This document shows, piece after piece, positions 8,688 to 16,900 of a DNA stretch of 64,000 nt. Both the position numbers and the translations under genes were made by a program. Numbering within the stretch: position 1 is the stretch's first letter; every line of letters starts with the position of its first letter. The stretch lies in NCBI GenBank assembly GCA_020636215.1, contig JACJYG010000004.1:866142-930141 (forward strand), given 5' to 3'. Origin of the DNA: Lewinellaceae bacterium. GTDB lineage: Bacteria > Bacteroidota > Bacteroidia > Chitinophagales > Saprospiraceae. A model generated the notes under the pieces. That model searched no databases and was not told where the DNA came from. It worked only from the letters and a program-made list of their open reading frames with translations.

Positions 8688-10403
8688 ATGAAAGAATTCG
8701 CGCTTTCCCTCCTGTCCATTGTATGCCTTGTAGCCATCTTGCCTCAGGCCTCTGCTCAAAGGGTTGATATCAAGCGACAAGCCGTGCCAGTGCAGTATAT
8801 CGCCCTGCCCCAGGCGCCGCTGAACCCTGAATTCACGGCCTACAGCGCCACCATTTCGGCGAAACCTGACCTGCTGCGTAGTTGTGGGCTAACCGAAGAC
8901 TGGCTGCAACGCAACTACCTCAGCATCCCCGGCTTCAACAAGCTCAACCAGGGCGGGCATTTCCATGTCGAATTGGTGATGGACGATTTTATCTTTTCCC
9001 AGCAAGGTTTCAAAAACAAGACGGCCACTTTCAAAGACAAAGATGGCAAGGAAACCAAAACTTCAACGCATTGGATGGAAATCGTCTATGCCCTCCCGGC
9101 CAGCCTCAAGGTGACGGACCAGGACCAAAACGTCATCGCCGAGCGGAACCTCAGCTCCGCCGCCAATACCCGGACCTACAAGTCCAAAACCTTTAGTTCC
9201 TATCAAAACATCAAGTCTTTTTGGGACCGGAACCAGCAGGGCGAAATAGCGAAATTCAAAAAAGAGCTTATCCAATCCCATTTTATCGCTGCCCGCGACT
9301 TTCTGTACAACAACTACGGCTTCCGCCCGGTAACTAATGCCAATTCGGTTTTTGAAGCCCTCAACAGCAAGAAGCACCCAGCCTACGAAGCGCACCAAGA
9401 GGCGCTCAGGACGCTCGAAGAGGCCTTCAAGCTGATGCGCCCCAATGAACCGCTGGATGCTGTGCGTGCGGCGGCCGAGCCGAGCCTCCGCTTCTGGCTG
9501 GCGGAAAAAGACCGCTACGGTACGGAAGACAAACAGGAGGCAAAGCTGCGCCACGCCTGCCTTTACAACCTGGCAAATGCTTACTTCTGGCTGGAAGAAT
9601 TGGAACTGGCAGAACAGTACGCGCTGGAAGCGATCGCCGTAGATGCTAAGGGACGAGCGGAAGAATTCCCCAGCTCCATTGAAAAGCTGCGGCAAGCCCT
9701 GGCGCAAACCGGCAAAACTTCCCGCCATTTTGCCGTAGAGGAGCTTGCCGAAGAGGACATCGAAGCAGCCGCTGAGACGGCCTATGAAACGGAAAAAGAT
9801 AGTAAACTGGAGGAATACAAACAGGACAAGCTGCGTAAACAGGGCGTCCATCCCCAGGCGGAGCGCGTTGAGGGGAAAATGAAATACACGGGCGGCAACG
9901 AAGTGGAATGCATCTTCTTTCTCGACCCCTCCCGCGGCCCGGAACTTAGCTTCCTGCCCGGCAATCAGGGCAACGTCAAAGCGGCCACGGAATCGGAATC
10001 GGATTATGCTTTTTTGAAAATAGACCCCAGCCTGCTGGCATCTTTCGAAATTGGCGAACGGCGCTTCCAATGCCTGGAATACTCGCCGGCGGCGCAGGTA
10101 TCGCTCAGCAAAAACCCACAGATTATGGAGGTCCTGTATGAGTCTGACCGTGTCACCATTTACAAGTTCTACCCCGTGGCGACAGCAAAAGCCGGCAATA
10201 CAGTGACGGAATTAGCGCTCCAAAAACAAGGCAATAACGGTATCACCTCTCTGGGTGGCGTTAAATTTCTAAACTGGAAGAAGGGCCTGTCCAAGCTCTT
10301 TGATGATTGCCCCGAAGTAAGCAACCAGGCCAGCGCCGGCGCCTATCAGCGCAATGAAAAGGATTTGATACGCCTGGCGGAAGCGTATGATAATTGTAAC
10401 TAA
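8688..10403 (+). CDS. Hypothetical secreted protein
   Basis: 571 aa. N-terminal signal peptide (LSIVCLVAILPQASAQ). No family recognised by eye. Confidence 0.6.
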   Translation: MKEFALSLLSIVCLVAILPQASAQRVDIKRQAVPVQYIALPQAPLNPEFTAYSATISAKPDLLRSCGLTEDWLQRNYLSIPGFNKLNQGGHFHVELVMDDFIFSQQGFKNKTATFKDKDGKETKTSTHWMEIVYALPASLKVTDQDQNVIAERNLSSAANTRTYKSKTFSSYQNIKSFWDRNQQGEIAKFKKELIQSHFIAARDFLYNNYGFRPVTNANSVFEALNSKKHPAYEAHQEALRTLEEAFKLMRPNEPLDAVRAAAEPSLRFWLAEKDRYGTEDKQEAKLRHACLYNLANAYFWLEELELAEQYALEAIAVDAKGRAEEFPSSIEKLRQALAQTGKTSRHFAVEELAEEDIEAAAETAYETEKDSKLEEYKQDKLRKQGVHPQAERVEGKMKYTGGNEVECIFFLDPSRGPELSFLPGNQGNVKAATESESDYAFLKIDPSLLASFEIGERRFQCLEYSPAAQVSLSKNPQIMEVLYESDRVTIYKFYPVATAKAGNTVTELALQKQGNNGITSLGGVKFLNWKKGLSKLFDDCPEVSNQASAGAYQRNEKDLIRLAEAYDNCN

Positions 10404-10410
10404 CTTAAAA

Positions 10411-10472
10411 CTTGTTTGGAGGTTATTTCGAAGTAAAATCAAGGATTTCGGTAGAAAGAGCCTCCAAACAAG
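10411..10472. terminator. Hairpin with 12-bp perfect arms (cttgtttggagg / cctccaaacaag) and a 38-nt loop
   Basis: Starts 8 nt after the stop of the 8688..10403 gene. The loop is long for an intrinsic terminator. Confidence 0.35.
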
Positions 10473-10627
10473 CCCTCAATCATATGATCTTTCCTCGGGA
10501 AGGCCCCATCCAGGTAATTTGTCATTCTCCTGTCGCAACAAATAAGTAAATTGGATCCAAGGCTCAGCATATTGTAACTTATTGGCTGGTGGAAGGAGGG
10601 AGTACCGGGAGAGGGTTCAAAGTTCCA

Positions 10628-10712
10628 GGTTTTTTACCCGGCTGAGTGCAATGAGGATTTATCCGGCTGACTAGATTTATCCGGCTGACTAGACGGACGG
10701 ACGGGCAGGTTT
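10628..10712 (+). repeat. Long variant of the core element, with the head motif triplicated
   Basis: ggttttttacccggctgagtgcaatgagg, then an 18-nt tandem atttatccggctgactag x2 (10657..10692), then acggacggacgggcagg. It differs at 2 positions from 40008..40089 by manual alignment. Confidence 0.85.
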
Positions 10713-10770
10713 CCAGTTAAGCGTGTCCAAGCATTTGTGTTTTCGAATTTTGAGGCCCCAAGCCAACAAC

Positions 10771-10816
10771 ATCCCGTCCTCCCCTGGCCATTCAGTCGGG
10801 GTCAGCCGGGTAAAAG
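10771..10816 (-). repeat. Core element copy in inverted orientation
   Basis: The reverse complement reads cttttacccggctgaccccgactgaatggccaggggaggacgggat, which has the same head (TTTTACCCGGCTGA) and tail (GGAGGACGGG). Confidence 0.75.
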
Positions 10817-10831
10817 CCATTTAGACATTTA

Positions 10832-10993
10832 GAACTTGTTTAAATTTCATACTTCGGGTTGAAAATGCCCCTTTTTCGGTGATACTTCGTTCCTTTTTTT
10901 GTCCATACCTTCCAGGTATGCACTTCAAAAAGAGCCTTGTCTCACCAAAAAATGAATCCTTTTCATTCCCAAAAACGAATTTTAAACAAGTTC
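10832..10993. repeat. 162-bp segment bounded by 13-bp perfect inverted repeats (gaacttgtttaaa / tttaaacaagttc)
   Basis: Ends 14 nt upstream of the ATG at 11008. It contains the internal hairpin catacct-tcc-aggtatg. Confidence 0.5.
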
Positions 10994-11007
10994 GTAGACA
11001 ATGAACC

Positions 11008-12933
11008 ATGCGACACATTGCCCTTTTAATCCCCCTCCTCTTCTTCTACCTGTCCAGCCTGGCCCAGCAGCCCTTCGTTTGTCGGGGCAATTTCTATCTG
11101 GTGATCACCCCGCAGAACTCCAGTTCGCTCTACGAAGTCACCATAGACGCCACCACTGGTAATGTCGTCTTCCAGGACCTGCCCGCCTCCGGTATGGGCT
11201 TCACCCTCAACGGCATTGGCTACCGCTCTGTCGACAATTTCATTTACGGAGTAGACCATCTCAGCGGGGCCCTGTACCGCATCGATGGCAATGGCGCCGC
11301 CACCTTTCTGGCCAATCCTACCTCTTCCAACCCTTCCTATTCCTATCCTGCCGGCGATGTCAGTCCTGATGGCAAATACCTGGTGGTTATGTCGGTAGCC
11401 AATAACCGGAATGCCGCTTTGCTGAAAATAGACCTGGAATCTTCCAGTTTCAGCTCGCAGTCCATCAGCGTATCAGGCGTCAGCACCTTGTGTTATGACA
11501 TTTCCTTTGACCCCCTCGATGGCACGCTCTACGGCTGGGACAGCGGCGGAAATCGCCTGGTGGTCATCGACCCGAATACTGGTAACATCAGCGCTCCTTA
11601 TGCCAGCAGCGCCAATACCGGGACTTTGGGGTCCTTCTTTGTAGACGCCTTTGGCAATCTCTATGGCTACGGGCAACAATCAGCAGGAGGCACACAGAAT
11701 ACGCTCTTTCAGTTTGACAAAGCTACCGGACAGGCCACCATCCTGACCACCGGCCCCGCCGCGGGGCGCACCGACGGTTGCTCCTGCCCCTACACCATCG
11801 AAATGATCAAACGGGTGGACCCGCTCGTGGCGGTACCCTGCACGGAGCTCACCTATGATTTTGAGATCGCCAACTCTTCAGGCCGGACACAGGAGGGCAT
11901 TACCTTCGAAGATGTGTTCCCGCCGGATTTCCGCATCCTCGACATCGATAACCCACTGGGCGGTACGATAACGGGCGGGCTAGGCGCCAATACCCTGCGC
12001 ATCGATGACATGAGCATCCCCCCGGGCATCCATGTGATCCGGGTTGTGGTGGAAGTGTTACCCAATGCGCTGGGAACCTATAAAAACCAGGCCAGCCTCA
12101 GCGGCTTGCCGGAGGAGTTGGGAGAGATGGCCCTATCTGACAATCCGCTAACGGTGATACAGGAGGATTCTACAGTAGTACGCATCGATCCGCTGGAGAT
12201 AGACTTTAGTTCGGTGCAGCGAACCTTCTGCAGCGGCCAACAGATCGTATTGGACCCGTCTATACATGGGGTCAACTACCTTTGGAGCGACGGCTCTACC
12301 GAGGCCACTTTCACCATTACGGAAGAAGGAACCTATGCGGTGACCGTCAGCAGCGGCTGCGATACGGCCATCGAAACCATTACCGTCACCGAACAGGAAA
12401 CCGCGGTAGAACTGGGCCCCGACCTGGAGTTATACCTGGGAGATAGCGTGCTGTTATGGCCGGATCTCATCGGGCCGGAACCTTTTAGTTATCAATGGAG
12501 TGGCAGTGAGGGCCAACCTTCCTGCGTCACCTGCCCGGTTCCGGAAGTGCGCCCGTTGAAAGACGGGATGTATTACCTCTCGGTGCGCGCCGCCAACGGC
12601 TGCACCGCTATCGATTCGGTATTCATCAAAGTGATCCGGGACCTGAATGTATACATCCCCAATGCCTTCAGCCCCAACGATGACGGCCGAAACGACCGTT
12701 TCTATCCGAATAGCCGCCGGCCGCAACTCCTGCACACTTTTCAGATTTTCTCCCGATGGGGCGAGCTGGTCTTCGACGGCAGCGGCGGCTGGACTAACGA
12801 TAGCAGCAATGGCTGGGACGGAACTTTTGAGGGCAAACCGATGAACCCAGGGGTATTTACTTATCTGATCGTGGTGGAGTTTCTGGATGGGGAGAAGGTG
12901 GCGTTCAGTGGGGATGTGCATTTGGTAAGGTAG
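11008..12933 (+). CDS. T9SS cargo protein with a type B (gliding-motility-associated) C-terminal sorting domain
   Basis: 641 aa with a signal peptide. The C-terminus carries VYIPNAFSPNDDGRNDRFYP...FQIFSRWGELVF...WDGTFEGKPMNPGVFTYLI, typical of the type B CTD. The N-terminal part looks like a beta-propeller. Confidence 0.8.
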   Translation: MRHIALLIPLLFFYLSSLAQQPFVCRGNFYLVITPQNSSSLYEVTIDATTGNVVFQDLPASGMGFTLNGIGYRSVDNFIYGVDHLSGALYRIDGNGAATFLANPTSSNPSYSYPAGDVSPDGKYLVVMSVANNRNAALLKIDLESSSFSSQSISVSGVSTLCYDISFDPLDGTLYGWDSGGNRLVVIDPNTGNISAPYASSANTGTLGSFFVDAFGNLYGYGQQSAGGTQNTLFQFDKATGQATILTTGPAAGRTDGCSCPYTIEMIKRVDPLVAVPCTELTYDFEIANSSGRTQEGITFEDVFPPDFRILDIDNPLGGTITGGLGANTLRIDDMSIPPGIHVIRVVVEVLPNALGTYKNQASLSGLPEELGEMALSDNPLTVIQEDSTVVRIDPLEIDFSSVQRTFCSGQQIVLDPSIHGVNYLWSDGSTEATFTITEEGTYAVTVSSGCDTAIETITVTEQETAVELGPDLELYLGDSVLLWPDLIGPEPFSYQWSGSEGQPSCVTCPVPEVRPLKDGMYYLSVRAANGCTAIDSVFIKVIRDLNVYIPNAFSPNDDGRNDRFYPNSRRPQLLHTFQIFSRWGELVFDGSGGWTNDSSNGWDGTFEGKPMNPGVFTYLIVVEFLDGEKVAFSGDVHLVR

Positions 12934-12950
12934 GAATAAATGCCTGAAGG

Positions 12951-12998
12951 AAACTTCCGAAGTTATCTACATTCTGCCCGGGCATACTTCGGAAGTTT
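12951..12998. terminator. Hairpin with 13-bp perfect arms (aaacttccgaagt / acttcggaagttt) and a 22-nt loop
   Basis: Lies between the convergent genes 11008..12933 (+) and 13097..13789 (-). Confidence 0.45.
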
Positions 12999-13020
12999 AG
13001 CCGCTTAGCGCCCCATTTTT

Positions 13021-13100
13021 TCATTCTTGCATTTCCGCATTCTTGCATTCCCGCATTCTTGCATTCTTGCATTTCCGCATTCCCGCATTCCCGCATTCAC
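13021..13100. repeat. Tandem array of about 10 degenerate 8-nt words (GCATTCYY)
   Basis: tcattctt gcatttcc gcattctt gcattccc gcattctt gcattctt gcatttcc gcattccc gcattccc gcattcac. The last unit contains the stop codon of the Crp-family gene. This is the reverse-complement word family of 18584..18687. Confidence 0.85.
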
Positions 13101-13789
13101 CCCGCTGCCGCTTTAGCCAAGCTTTCCATATCCCGGATGAGCAGCCGTTTCCTGTTGAAGGTAATGATATTGGCATTGCGCAGTTCGTTGAGCACGGTCG
13201 TGACCGTTTGGCGGGAGGTGGCGGTTAGGTTGGCAATCTCCTGGTGGGTAATGAACTTGCGGACCAGCATCTCGTAGCCGACGCGCTGGCCTTTTTTCTC
13301 TCCTAGTTCGTGCAGAAATTCAATGATACGGGTGCGGGAATCTTTGAAAACCAGGGACTCCAGGCGCTGCTCCATTTCCAGCATGCGGGAGCCCATGATC
13401 TTCATCAGGAAGAGGCTGAGGGCATTGTGGTCACGCATCATGTTTTTCATGTCCTGGACCGACATCACGCAGACCACGGTGTCTTCCATAGCGTAAGTAA
13501 AATCCCGGCGTTTATCTTCCCCGATCAGGGACAACTCGCCGAACACCTCGCCCGGGCCAAGAATGGCTTTGGTTATCTCTTTACCGGAATCACCATAGGT
13601 TCCGATTTTCACCCGGCCTTCCGTGAGAAAGTAGATCTTGTCGGCATGTTCATTTGGCAGGTAAATGTAGTCCCCTTTTTTATAATGCTTATGGACGTGC
13701 TGGTCCATATCCCCCCGCCCAATCTTTTTCGGGCAGAAGATGCCGTTGACGTCGATATTTTCCAGATACCAAAGGGACTGATCCGTCAT
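13097..13789 (-). CDS. Crp/Fnr family transcriptional regulator
   Basis: 230 aa. cNMP-binding-like beta-barrel (FGELSLIG) followed by a C-terminal HTH (THQEIANLTATSRQTVTTVLNELR). Confidence 0.85.
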   Translation of the reverse strand: MTDQSLWYLENIDVNGIFCPKKIGRGDMDQHVHKHYKKGDYIYLPNEHADKIYFLTEGRVKIGTYGDSGKEITKAILGPGEVFGELSLIGEDKRRDFTYAMEDTVVCVMSVQDMKNMMRDHNALSLFLMKIMGSRMLEMEQRLESLVFKDSRTRIIEFLHELGEKKGQRVGYEMLVRKFITHQEIANLTATSRQTVTTVLNELRNANIITFNRKRLLIRDMESLAKAAAG

Positions 13790-13960
13790 GAATTTATTTT
13801 TTGAGTCTCTAATCAGGAAACATCCAACTGCACAGGAGGTTTTGGACTATACAATAATACTGGTTCGAACTGTCCTGGAGCATACACTTTGGTGTTGGCG
13901 TCCGGGGATATGGAGGTTCCGCTATAACAGCCTACTGAATACTGCATACTGGCAACTGGA

Positions 13961-15757
13961 CTACTCATCCGGCCGCAAGTCGAATCGTTGCTGGATTTCC
14001 TGGATGAGGGGGTTGGTTTCCCGCATGGCCAGGTATTTATCCTTGCTGTTAAGGATGCGCTTCGGCTTTGGGGCTTCGGGAGCTTTGCTTTTGTCAATTT
14101 CTATAAACAGGCTAAGCTGGGGCACTTTTAGTTCGACCCGGAGGTGCTCCATGAGGGCTGTTTCCTGCCGGATCGTATTTTCCGCCAGAGCGGAGGTCAC
14201 CTTAGCCGTCAGTTTTTTACCGTCCACCGCCAGTTCGGCGTTGCGCAGGATCACCTTGGCCGATTCTTGTTCCATGGCTTCGGCGTATCCATCCCAGGCG
14301 GCTTGCACTTGATCCAGGGTTAGTTCCGCTGTTTCCTGGCCTTCGAACTGTGCGACTTCGGCCTTTACTTCCGCCATCATCGCCTTCAGGTCGATACGGG
14401 GCGCTTCGTGTTTGTTCAATTTTTTCACCTTCACCGGTTCCTGTTTTGGAGCTGGCGGCAGCGGTTCAGGAGTAAGAACTCCTTTATTTTCCGGAGGCGC
14501 GGGAGCGGGTTGCGGGAGTTCCGGTGCGGGGTTATCTGGTTCCTCGGCAGGTTCTTCGGCAGCCGAAGGGCTTGTTATATGGGGTAGCGAGGCCTTTTCG
14601 CTCAGGTCAGCCGTTTTTTTTTCCGGCAATGGCGCCGGCGCCCCGTTATCTGTTGACTGGAAAGCACGGTTGATATACGTCATTTTCAACAGAGCCATCT
14701 CAACGTGCAGGCGTTTGTTGCGCGCCAGTTTGTAAGTGACGTCGCAGTCGTTGGCCAGGTTGAGGGCGGTGAGCAGGAGGCGGGAGGGTATCAGCCGGGC
14801 CTGTTGCCGGTAGCGCTCGCGCAGGCCTTCGCTCACTTCCAGCAACTGCAAAGTCGCCTCATCTTTACAAACCAGCAGATTGCGCAGGTGTTCGGCCAGG
14901 CCATTGATAAAAAGGTCGGGTTCAAAACCGCGGCGTTGGACGTCATCGAAAAGCAAGAGCACCTTAGAGGAATCCTCCAGCAGCATCGCCTCCACCATCT
15001 GGAAGAAAAAATCGTAATCCAGGACGTTGAGGTTGGTGATCACATCCTCATAGGTGATCTTCTTTCCGGAGAAGGCCACGATGCGGTCGAAAATAGATAA
15101 AGCGTCGCGCAGAGCGCCATCGGCTTTCTGGCCGATGATGTGCAGCGCGTCCTTATCGGCCTCGATGCCTTCCTGTTCGCAGATATCCTGCAGGTGTTTG
15201 ACCATATCGGGCACCTGTATCCGGCGAAAATCGAATATCTGACAGCGCGACAGGATGGTGGGTATGATCTTGTGTTTCTCGGTAGTGGCCAGGATGAAGA
15301 TGGCGTAGGGCGGCGGTTCTTCCAGTGTTTTCAAAAAAGCGTTGAAGGCCTGCTGGGAGAGCATGTGCACCTCGTCGATGATGAACACTTTGTACTTCCC
15401 CTGCTGGGGTTGAAAGCGCACCTGTTCGATCAAGGCGCGGATGTGTTCGACGCTGTTGTTGGAGGCGGCGTCCAGTTCCGTGATATTGAAGGAGGCGTTG
15501 CCATTGAAGGCTTTGCAGGAGTCGCACTCGTTGCAGGCTTCGAAATCGGGGGTGATATTCTGACAGTTGAGCACTTTGGCCAGAATGCGGGCGCAGGTGG
15601 TCTTGCCCACCCCGCGCGGCCCACAGAACAGGAAGGCATGCGCCAGGTGGTCGCTCTGCAGGGCGTTCTTCAGGGTCTGGGACACGTGCTCCTGCCCGAC
15701 AACTTCCTCGAACCGGCTGGGCCGGTATTTTCGTGCGGATACTACGAAATTGCTCAT
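13961..15757 (-). CDS. dnaX: DNA polymerase III subunit tau (gamma/tau)
   Basis: RKYRPSRFEEVVGQ, Walker A GPRGVGKTT, Zn module CNECDSC, DEVHMLS, SRC motif. I chose the ATG at 15757 (MSNFVV). The longer track ORF starts at a GTG (15796) that lies inside a 15-bp hairpin. Confidence 0.9.
   Translation of the reverse strand: MSNFVVSARKYRPSRFEEVVGQEHVSQTLKNALQSDHLAHAFLFCGPRGVGKTTCARILAKVLNCQNITPDFEACNECDSCKAFNGNASFNITELDAASNNSVEHIRALIEQVRFQPQQGKYKVFIIDEVHMLSQQAFNAFLKTLEEPPPYAIFILATTEKHKIIPTILSRCQIFDFRRIQVPDMVKHLQDICEQEGIEADKDALHIIGQKADGALRDALSIFDRIVAFSGKKITYEDVITNLNVLDYDFFFQMVEAMLLEDSSKVLLLFDDVQRRGFEPDLFINGLAEHLRNLLVCKDEATLQLLEVSEGLRERYRQQARLIPSRLLLTALNLANDCDVTYKLARNKRLHVEMALLKMTYINRAFQSTDNGAPAPLPEKKTADLSEKASLPHITSPSAAEEPAEEPDNPAPELPQPAPAPPENKGVLTPEPLPPAPKQEPVKVKKLNKHEAPRIDLKAMMAEVKAEVAQFEGQETAELTLDQVQAAWDGYAEAMEQESAKVILRNAELAVDGKKLTAKVTSALAENTIRQETALMEHLRVELKVPQLSLFIEIDKSKAPEAPKPKRILNSKDKYLAMRETNPLIQEIQQRFDLRPDE
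14614..14622 (-). other. A9 slippery tract in dnaX (codons GAA AAA AAA ACG); candidate frameshift or transcriptional-slippage site producing a gamma-like product
   Basis: The -1 frame reads AAC GGC TGA (stop at 14609..14607). The +1 frame reads CGG CTG ACC TGA (stop at 14604..14602). The tract falls at about codon 379-382 of 598, in the linker after the clamp-loader domains. Confidence 0.5.
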
Positions 15758-15770
15758 TTTAAGAAGCTGT

Positions 15771-15804
15771 GCCGGACGGTGCTTTCGTGAAAGCACCGTC
15801 CGGC
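15771..15804 (-). terminator. 15-bp perfect GC-rich hairpin (gccggacggtgcttt cgtg aaagcaccgtccggc)
   Basis: Lies 14 nt upstream of the dnaX ATG and 54 nt downstream of the stop of the 15858..16670 gene. It could be a terminator, a 5'-leader structure, or both. Confidence 0.5.
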
Positions 15805-15824
15805 CATGAGTTATTCAGTGAATC

Positions 15825-15832
15825 CAAAGATA
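15825..15832 (-). promoter_or_regulatory. Bacteroidota-type -7 promoter box TATCTTTG (TAnnTTTG) for dnaX
   Basis: The reverse complement of caaagata at 15825..15832 is an exact match to the TAnnTTTG consensus, located upstream of the hairpin and the ATG. Confidence 0.4.
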
Positions 15833-15857
15833 CGAAAATTCGGTGGGGGCCACAGTA

Positions 15858-16670
15858 CTAATCTTTTGAATTCATCACATCTATCCTCACCTCAGCCCGT
15901 ATTAAATTGGCAGCGGCTTCAGTCTCCGCATACATTTTTTGGATGTCTTTTCCGGCATGAACTTTTTCAAAATAGGGCGTAGGATCCCCCTGGCTCAGGT
16001 ACTGCGCCATATTGGTGTACAAATCTACGGTAGCATCGTGATACGTATCGGCGCTGCCATATGGCAATTCTTTGCGAAGCAATACCCATCCTCTCATTTG
16101 GCCATCCTTCCTTCGGGCATCGTGGACGGGTTTCCAGATGTCTCTTTCCACCCGGAGATGATCCTGCCGGCCGCCGCCTTCTGGAAAATCAAAGTAGTTA
16201 AAGACCATGATTTTGATATCCCTGAGATCTTCATCCATCACTTGGTCGACACGCGACCAAACCTCAGATTTAACTAGTGTCCTGAACTCCGTGGTGCGAT
16301 TGACCAGCGCCCTCTCTTCTGCTGTCAGAATGCTTTCCAGGCCGGGCATTTCCCAGTTTTCGATATAGTTAGCCAGTTGTTTTTCACCGGTTAGGTTGAT
16401 GCGGGTCACGTAGTTGTATTCCTCATTGGCGCCCGAGGGGTACGCCACTGCGACGAGAGACCAGTAGTCATACTTTCCCGCCTTGATATTGGCCTGATGG
16501 ATCTTTTTCCAGGCTGCTTCCAGTTTCAGGTAGTCATCGTGTTTGCCTGGCTCCACTTTCATGTAGTCTATAGCGTAGTAGCGTTGTGCTTCATCCCCTT
16601 GGGCCATGAGAGAATTGCTGGCCAGGCAAAACAGTATTGCCAAGAGGAAGGATTGGATTAAATTTTTCAT
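15858..16670 (-). CDS. Hypothetical secreted protein
   Basis: 270 aa with a signal peptide (LLAILFCLASNSLMAQ). No family recognised. Confidence 0.6.
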   Translation of the reverse strand: MKNLIQSFLLAILFCLASNSLMAQGDEAQRYYAIDYMKVEPGKHDDYLKLEAAWKKIHQANIKAGKYDYWSLVAVAYPSGANEEYNYVTRINLTGEKQLANYIENWEMPGLESILTAEERALVNRTTEFRTLVKSEVWSRVDQVMDEDLRDIKIMVFNYFDFPEGGGRQDHLRVERDIWKPVHDARRKDGQMRGWVLLRKELPYGSADTYHDATVDLYTNMAQYLSQGDPTPYFEKVHAGKDIQKMYAETEAAANLIRAEVRIDVMNSKD

Positions 16671-16865
16671 AATGATAGGATTTAGGTTTAAAGTGATTTA
16701 ATTGATTTTTTCCAGTAGGATCTTTCTGGCAGTACAAAGTTGGAGGAGGTACAGGTAAAATGCCTGCACACATCATGCAAAAAGCTGGACAGAATTTGCA
16801 TAATCAAAAAAATCAATGGCAGCTCTTCCTTAAAAGCTTAGTTTGACTTTTAAACTAACCTAAGC

Positions 16866-16873
16866 TATCTTTG
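16866..16873 (+). promoter_or_regulatory. -7 promoter box TATCTTTG upstream of nadE
   Basis: Exact TAnnTTTG match ending 27 nt before the ATG at 16901. Confidence 0.4.
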
Positions 16874-16900
16874 TGGCTCCAAAAATAAGATCCACCCTGT

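Noticed and set aside
9063-10070. Long antisense ORFs inside real genes (also 4317..5090, 15140..15790, 19441..20256, 22957..23814, 24441..25301, 31289..32107, 45047..45967)
   Set aside because: These are shadow ORFs, typical of moderately GC-rich DNA.
Each lies opposite a gene with clear family motifs, and their own translations are Arg/Gly/Ala-rich with no motifs.
15758-15796. Upstream GTG start for dnaX given by the track
   Set aside because: The GTG lies inside a 15-bp perfect hairpin, and the added residues are not dnaX-like.
The ATG at 15757 gives the canonical MSNF..RKYRP N-terminus.
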